Below, in pieces: positions 58,208 to 64,000 of a stretch of 64,000 nucleotides of DNA (its first letter is position 1; every line of letters begins with the position of its first letter). The notes under the pieces are model-generated. The model searched no databases. It was given only the letters and a program-made list of their open reading frames with translations, and was not told the DNA's origin. The DNA is from Bacteroidota bacterium (GTDB taxonomy: Bacteria > Bacteroidota > Bacteroidia > Bacteroidales > WCHB1-69). A program made the translations under genes and the position numbers. The stretch spans positions 1,652 to 65,651 of the forward strand of contig WQTS01000138.1 in NCBI GenBank assembly GCA_009786185.1, written 5' to 3'.

Positions 58208-59566
58208 ATGATACGCAGATTCTTATTTCTTATATTGTTCACTGTCAGCTTCTTTTCAGCAAAGACACAAACGCCTATTGATGCTATTATTGCCTGGATT
58301 GGAAAGGATATTATTTTGCAATCCGATTTAGAGAAAGCATACGCTGAATATACTGCTCAGTTTGCTGTGCAAGACGATGACGGAGATGAAAAATGTACCG
58401 TTTTTGAGCATTTAGTTTATACAAAATTGATGCTGCATCAAGCAGATGTGGATAGTATTGTTGTTACCGACCAACAGGTGGAAGCCGTTATTAATATGCG
58501 GATGAACTATTTTTTGCAAATGGTTGGCGGAGATGCGAGAGTACTTGAGAGACATTTCGGTAAATCTATTGCCGAAATTAAAAAAGATATGCGCGAAATT
58601 GTGCGTGAACAAATGTATGTGGAAGAGGTTCAGGAAAATATAACCACCAATATTACGGTAACGCCTTCAGAAGTGAAAAATTTTGTGAACCGTGTGGGTG
58701 TGGATAGTATGCCAATGATTCCCGCTACGTATGAATTTGGGCATATTTTAAGAACACCCCCGGTAAGCGAAGCCGAAATTGTAGCGATAAAAGAACGTTT
58801 GGAAGGCTATAAAGAAAGAGCGCTTCGCAGCGATAGCAGAATGGAGCAGGAGTTTTCCATGTTGGCGCGTTTGTATTCCGATGACCCCGGAAGCGCTTCC
58901 AAAGGCGGAAACTTGGGGTTTGTAGAGCGTGGAGTGTTGTACCCTGAGTTTGAGGCCGTTGCATTTAACCTCAGGTCGGGCGAAATCTCGCACGTGCTGA
59001 AAACTCGCGCCGGATACCACATCATTCTATTGCACGAACGCAGAGGAGAATCCGTGAATGTGTCGCACATTTTGCTACAGCCTAAACCTTCCGCCGAAGA
59101 ACAAGTGAGAACGATTGAATTTTTGGATAGCGTGCGACAAGTAATTCTTGATAAAAAAATGAATTTCAGCGAAGCTGCCATGCTCTTTTCCGAAGATCCT
59201 AACAGGTTGAGCGGTGGCTGGGTTATAAATCCTTACACGCTTTCTACAAGATTTGACCAGGAATCGTTAGATCAGGCTACATTTGCTACGATAAGCAAGC
59301 TTATTCCCGGAGAGTTTTCAACGCCTGTTATTTATATTAATGAAGATGGCGTAACCTCCTATCGCTTACTGTATTTAAGGAGCAAAGTGGCGCCTCACAG
59401 AGCCAATTTAGTGGAAGATTATGATGTAATTAAAAATGCCGCTTTAGAGGAAAAGAAAAACAAAGCCATTGAAAGATGGATCATTAACAAAGTAAAAACT
59501 ACAAGTATTAGAATACACAAAGATTACAAAGATTGCGAATTTGTAACACGTTGGCAAATAAACTAA
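58208..59566 (+). CDS. surA: SurA-like peptidyl-prolyl isomerase
   Basis: IDAIIA.IG..IIL.SD; two parvulin domains (LARLYSDDPGSA..GG.LG, PEFEAVAF.L..GEIS). Confidence 0.82.
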   Translation: MIRRFLFLILFTVSFFSAKTQTPIDAIIAWIGKDIILQSDLEKAYAEYTAQFAVQDDDGDEKCTVFEHLVYTKLMLHQADVDSIVVTDQQVEAVINMRMNYFLQMVGGDARVLERHFGKSIAEIKKDMREIVREQMYVEEVQENITTNITVTPSEVKNFVNRVGVDSMPMIPATYEFGHILRTPPVSEAEIVAIKERLEGYKERALRSDSRMEQEFSMLARLYSDDPGSASKGGNLGFVERGVLYPEFEAVAFNLRSGEISHVLKTRAGYHIILLHERRGESVNVSHILLQPKPSAEEQVRTIEFLDSVRQVILDKKMNFSEAAMLFSEDPNRLSGGWVINPYTLSTRFDQESLDQATFATISKLIPGEFSTPVIYINEDGVTSYRLLYLRSKVAPHRANLVEDYDVIKNAALEEKKNKAIERWIINKVKTTSIRIHKDYKDCEFVTRWQIN

Positions 59567-59579
59567 CCTAAAATATACT

Positions 59580-60554
59580 ATGGATATTCATTTTAAAAAC
59601 GATGTAGAAGCCATTGAAGCTTTTGTGGAGAAATATGGCGCACTAAGAAAAGAGATTGCGAAGGTAATTGTGGGACAAGATGAAGTGGTGAAAAATGTAC
59701 TGATGGTACTTTTTAGCCGTAGCCATGCCCTGCTCATTGGCGTGCCCGGCTTGGCAAAAACATTGATGATCACTACTATTGCGAAAACGATAAACTTAAC
59801 CTATAACCGTATTCAGTTTACGCCCGACTTGATGCCGTCGGATATTATGGGAACGGAGATTTTGGACGAAAGTCGTAAGTTTAAATTTGTTAAAGGACCT
59901 ATTTTTGCGAATATTGTATTGGCGGATGAAATTAACCGTACACCGCCCAAAACACAGTCGGCGTTGTTGGAAGCAATGCAGGAACGCTCTGTGAGTATGA
60001 ACGCCGTAACTTACCCATTGCCGGATCCGTTTTTCGTATTGGCCACGCAAAATCCTATTGAACAAGAAGGAACTTATCCGCTTCCCGAAGCACAGCAAGA
60101 CCGCTTCATGTTTAACATATATTTAGATTATCCGACTTTTAATGAAGAGGTGGATATTGTAAAAAGTACTATCCATGGTGATATGAATGAACCGAAGCAA
60201 ATTTTATCCATTGAGGAGATTATTTATTACCAAAAACTGCTTCAAAAAGTGCCGATTGCTGAAAATGTATATGAATATGCGGTTCGTTTGTCCACATTAA
60301 CGCGTCCGTTTACCGGTACGGGACACCAGTGGGCGAAAGATTACTTGTCTTGGGGCGCCGGTCCGCGTGCCTCTCAGTTCTTAATTATCGGGGCGCGTAC
60401 GCATGCTATCCTCGCAGGCAAACTCTCTCCTGATATTGAAGATGTAAGAGCTGTAGCGCACAATATTTTACGACATCGTATCATCAAAAATTATAAGGCT
60501 GAAGCAGAAGGCATTAGCATAGAAGATATTATCAATAAGTTGATGTATGACTAA
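59580..60554 (+). CDS. MoxR-family AAA+ ATPase
   Basis: GVPGLAKT, RIQFTPDLMPSD, ADEINRTPPKTQSALLEAMQE, ATQNPIEQEGTYPLPEAQ.DRF. Confidence 0.93.
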   Translation: MDIHFKNDVEAIEAFVEKYGALRKEIAKVIVGQDEVVKNVLMVLFSRSHALLIGVPGLAKTLMITTIAKTINLTYNRIQFTPDLMPSDIMGTEILDESRKFKFVKGPIFANIVLADEINRTPPKTQSALLEAMQERSVSMNAVTYPLPDPFFVLATQNPIEQEGTYPLPEAQQDRFMFNIYLDYPTFNEEVDIVKSTIHGDMNEPKQILSIEEIIYYQKLLQKVPIAENVYEYAVRLSTLTRPFTGTGHQWAKDYLSWGAGPRASQFLIIGARTHAILAGKLSPDIEDVRAVAHNILRHRIIKNYKAEAEGISIEDIINKLMYD

Positions 60555-61317
60555 ACCTTATTGCATTGATTCACACGCACATCTTTGCAAAGAATATTAT
60601 CCTAACGATTACCGGGAAGTGATTCAACGCGCTGTAGAGCATGGCGTAGAAAAAATAATTTTACCCTGCGTTTCTGCCGAATCTATTCCTGATATTTTTG
60701 AAGTTGCCCAAGAATTTCCTACTCACATTTTCCCGCTCATCGGGTTGCATCCCACCGATGTAAACCAAGATTTTAAAAGGCAATTGGCTGTTTTAGAGAA
60801 ACATTTAAACAACAAACAAATCGTAGGAATCGGCGAAACAGGCATCGATTTATATCACGATAAGTCGTTTTATACCGAACAGTTAACCGCTTTTGAAACC
60901 CAACTAAACTGGGCAAAGGAGCTACAAAAACCACTTTCCATCCACATCCGCGACGGATTTAACGAGGCATTATCAGTGTTAAAAAAGTTTAAAAATGTTC
61001 CGTTACGAGGCATTTTACACTGTTTTTCCGGCGGCATCCAAGAAGCCAAATGGGCAATAGATAATGGTTATTTATTAGGCATTAGCGGTGTAATTACCTT
61101 CAAAAAAAACAAATTGCAAGACATTATAAAAGAAGTAGGAATTAATGCTATTGCCTTAGAAACCGATGCGCCTTTTTTAGCACCGGAACCCTATCGCGGA
61201 AAACGCAACGAAAGCGCTTATATTCCCATCATTGCAGAAAAAATAGCTGCTGTCTTGGAAACCTCCACGGAAGAGGTTATGAGAACTACTACGGCAAATG
61301 TAGAGGCGATTTTTTAA
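60547..61317 (+). CDS. tatD: TatD family hydrolase/nuclease
   Basis: IDSHAH, GLHP, IGETGID, HCFSG, LETDAPFLAP. Confidence 0.92.
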   Translation: MTKPYCIDSHAHLCKEYYPNDYREVIQRAVEHGVEKIILPCVSAESIPDIFEVAQEFPTHIFPLIGLHPTDVNQDFKRQLAVLEKHLNNKQIVGIGETGIDLYHDKSFYTEQLTAFETQLNWAKELQKPLSIHIRDGFNEALSVLKKFKNVPLRGILHCFSGGIQEAKWAIDNGYLLGISGVITFKKNKLQDIIKEVGINAIALETDAPFLAPEPYRGKRNESAYIPIIAEKIAAVLETSTEEVMRTTTANVEAIF

Positions 61318-61379
61318 AGGAATTTTTTACGGATTAGATAATTTACTATACTTTTGCCCCTTCATTAACATCAAATCAA

Positions 61380-63053
61380 ATGGCAAAAAGACACTTAATT
61401 ACTACGGCGCTTCCATACGCCAACGGACCGCTTCATATTGGACACTTAGCCGGTGTTTACGTTCCGGCAGACATTTACAGCCGTTATTTACGCGCCAAAG
61501 GGGAAGAGGTGCTGATGGTTGGTGGTTCCGATGAGCACGGCGTGCCCATTACCATTAAAGCGCGAAATGAAAATACTACACCACAAGTAATTGTAGATCG
61601 ATATCACGAAATAATTAAAAAATCGTTTGAAGAGTTGGGTATTACGTTCGATATTTATTCTAGAACTTCAAAGCCGATTCACCACAAAACCGCTTCCGAT
61701 TTTTTCACCAAACTATATGAAACAGGCAAGCTTATCGAAAAAAATTCCGAACAATATTATGATGAGGAAGTGGGCGAATTTTTAGCCGACCGGTATATTA
61801 CCGGAGCGTGCCCCCATTGCGGCTACGACAAAGCGTATGGTGATCAGTGCGAAGCGTGTGGCACCTCATTAAATGCCACCGACTTAATCAACCCAAAATC
61901 GGTATTAAGCGGAAATGTGCCTGTTATGAAAGAAACCCGCCATTGGTATTTGCCGTTAGACCAATATGAAAACTGGTTGAAAGAGTGGATCTTAGAAGGA
62001 CACAAGGAAGACTGGAAAATTAACGTGTACGGACAATGCAAATCGTGGATTGAGCAGGGCTTACAGCCGCGTGCCGTTACCCGTGACCTGAACTGGGGCG
62101 TAAAAGTTCCTTTAGCAGATGCGGAAGGTAAAGTGTTGTATGTGTGGTTTGATGCGCCTATTGGGTATATTTCGGCCACCAAAGAATGGTGTGATCAGAA
62201 TGGCCAGGATTATGAAAAATGGTGGAAAGATGAGGATACGCGCATGTTACATTTTATTGGGAAAGACAATATTGTGTTTCACTGCATCATTTTTCCGGTG
62301 ATGTTGAAAGCAGAAGGTTCTTTCATTGTACCTGAAAATGTGCCGGCAAACGAGTTTCTGAATTTAGAAAACAATAAAATCTCTACCTCAAAAAATTGGG
62401 CAGTGTGGCTGCACGAATATTTGGAAGATTTTAAAGATAAACAAGATGTGTTGCGGTATACGTTAACCACCATTGCACCCGAAACCAAAGATTCCGATTT
62501 CACGTGGGCAGATTTTCAAGCGAAAAATAACAACGAATTGTTGGCGATTTTTGGGAATTTTGTGAACAGAACGGTGGTTTTAATTCATAAATACTATGAA
62601 GGAATTATACCGGAAGCCGGTGAATATACAGCAGAAGAAAAAGAAATCATTGCCAAAATTGCAGAATTTCCCAACACCATCGGTGCTTCCATTGAAAAGT
62701 ATCGTTTCCGCGAAGCATTAGCTGAGTTTATGAATTTAGCGCGTTTGGGCAACAAATACTTAACTGATACAGAGCCTTGGAAATTAGTGAAAACAGACCC
62801 TGAACGCGTGAAAACCATTTTGCATTTATCTATTCAAATTTGTGCGTGTTTATCGGTATTGGGCGAACCATTTTTGCCGTTTACGTCGAAAAAACTCCAA
62901 AAAATATTAAATATTGACGTGCATTCTTGGAGCGAAGGCGGCAAAATAGACTTGCTAAAAGCCGGACATACAATTAACGCCCCCGAATATCTCTTTGAAA
63001 AAATTGAGGATGCTGCGGTTGAGGCACAAGTAAGAAAATTGCCATTACCATAA
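61380..63053 (+). CDS. metG: Methionyl-tRNA synthetase (no C-terminal tRNA-binding domain)
   Basis: [13 protein letters not shown], Zn knuckles CPHC/CEAC, YVWFDA, KISTS. Confidence 0.95.
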   Translation: MAKRHLITTALPYANGPLHIGHLAGVYVPADIYSRYLRAKGEEVLMVGGSDEHGVPITIKARNENTTPQVIVDRYHEIIKKSFEELGITFDIYSRTSKPIHHKTASDFFTKLYETGKLIEKNSEQYYDEEVGEFLADRYITGACPHCGYDKAYGDQCEACGTSLNATDLINPKSVLSGNVPVMKETRHWYLPLDQYENWLKEWILEGHKEDWKINVYGQCKSWIEQGLQPRAVTRDLNWGVKVPLADAEGKVLYVWFDAPIGYISATKEWCDQNGQDYEKWWKDEDTRMLHFIGKDNIVFHCIIFPVMLKAEGSFIVPENVPANEFLNLENNKISTSKNWAVWLHEYLEDFKDKQDVLRYTLTTIAPETKDSDFTWADFQAKNNNELLAIFGNFVNRTVVLIHKYYEGIIPEAGEYTAEEKEIIAKIAEFPNTIGASIEKYRFREALAEFMNLARLGNKYLTDTEPWKLVKTDPERVKTILHLSIQICACLSVLGEPFLPFTSKKLQKILNIDVHSWSEGGKIDLLKAGHTINAPEYLFEKIEDAAVEAQVRKLPLP

Positions 63054-63102
63054 ACTTTAATTTTATGATAATGGCAATGAGTTGTTTAATTTTTAGCTAA
63101 CT

Positions 63103-64000
63103 CTATTTTTTCTTCCTGTTCGGAAGCTCCAATCCGAGTCCTCTTCTACGATCTTCTATTTTGAGCCAAATTCCAAGAATAAATGCTATAACGCCAAAAC
63201 TTGCAAAAATAAGCATCGGGTTCCTGTAATTATAAAGCGTATCTCCTTTTATTTCTTCCACTCTGTTGATGCTTGCTTGAAGATTTGCAATGGTTTCCAT
63301 TTGTTGTTCCGTTAACTCATCGTTGTTAGCCAAGATTTGGTCTATGTCTCCTCTAATTTTCGCGATTCTATCCGCACGTTTTTCGTAATTTCTATATACC
63401 AACTGCAAGTCACTAAGATCTTGTCTCAGTGTATTTCCAAAATCTTTTGTAGTAACATTATAGGTGTCCGGATCTACAAGTTCTTGTTGAAAAGAGCTAA
63501 TGGCGTCCATTTCTATTCTTATCTCGGATAAATTTTTACCAATGCCCGGATTTGCACGATCCAGCGCGCCTCCAATAATAATTGGAACACACAATAAACC
63601 AATATTTTGAATCCAGAATATTACAGCGTAAGAAGAACCTAACACTTTGTCATCTACCAACTTTGGAACGGAGGGCCACAATGCTGCGGGCACCAACGAG
63701 AATGAAATTCCCAGAATTACAATAGCGCAGATGGCTATCGGATAAGTAAAATTGGGGGTTAGCGCAAAAATCAAATGGCAGGACATCATTAATAGTGCGC
63801 CTATGATTAGCATGGTTGCTCCTTTTCCTCTTGTATCTAAGAAAAATCCTAATAACGGAGTAAGCACCATAGCGCCAATGGGGAAATATGAAAACAGATT
63901 ACTTGCATCTCTCATGCTGATTTCCAAGCGACTGGAAAGCATATCTGCCGCAAATCTTTGGAATGGGAAAATAGCTGAATAATACAAAACGCACAATCCG
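63103..64000 (-). CDS. MFS transporter, 3' part (start outside window)
   Basis: YYSAIFPFQ, G.FLD.RGKGA, FSLVP.ALWPSVPKLV, LGSSYA.IFWIQN.GL; frame open to window edge. Confidence 0.82.
   Translation of the reverse strand, partial: GLCVLYYSAIFPFQRFAADMLSSRLEISMRDASNLFSYFPIGAMVLTPLLGFFLDTRGKGATMLIIGALLMMSCHLIFALTPNFTYPIAICAIVILGISFSLVPAALWPSVPKLVDDKVLGSSYAVIFWIQNIGLLCVPIIIGGALDRANPGIGKNLSEIRIEMDAISSFQQELVDPDTYNVTTKDFGNTLRQDLSDLQLVYRNYEKRADRIAKIRGDIDQILANNDELTEQQMETIANLQASINRVEEIKGDTLYNYRNPMLIFASFGVIAFILGIWLKIEDRRRGLGLELPNRKKK

Overview
AT-rich Bacteroidales-type chromosomal window: TAnnTTTG promoters, T9SS cargo proteins, many lipoproteins, and Shine-Dalgarno sequences noticed only at ribosomal-protein genes. 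Bases ~8.8-64 kb are mostly housekeeping genes (mmdA, aqpZ, rpsF-rpsR-rplI, menA, pnp, rpsO, pdxA, murF-alr, sppA, hydE, purA, fabD, ychF, mutY, metG) with dispersed palindromic repeats between them. The first ~8.3 kb is an accessory RiPP locus. On the minus strand it repeats a unit of [conserved structured non-coding leader of ~115-290 nt -> class I lanthipeptide-type precursor (LxLxKx5L leader, double-Gly, variable Thr/Cys-rich core) -> hairpin -> its own LanC paralog]. The window holds 4 leader copies, 3 precursors (one missed by the ORF track) and 3 LanC genes, but no LanB. The locus also has a divergent XRE-type regulator with a tandem candidate operator and an IS200-like Y1 transposase inside 50-bp perfect, promoter-bearing inverted repeats. 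Other oddities are an in-frame MutY::adenylation-domain fusion, a lipoprotein rubrerythrin next to an aquaporin, and a TSCPD protein with a lipoprotein signal. All alignments were done by eye; no databases were searched.
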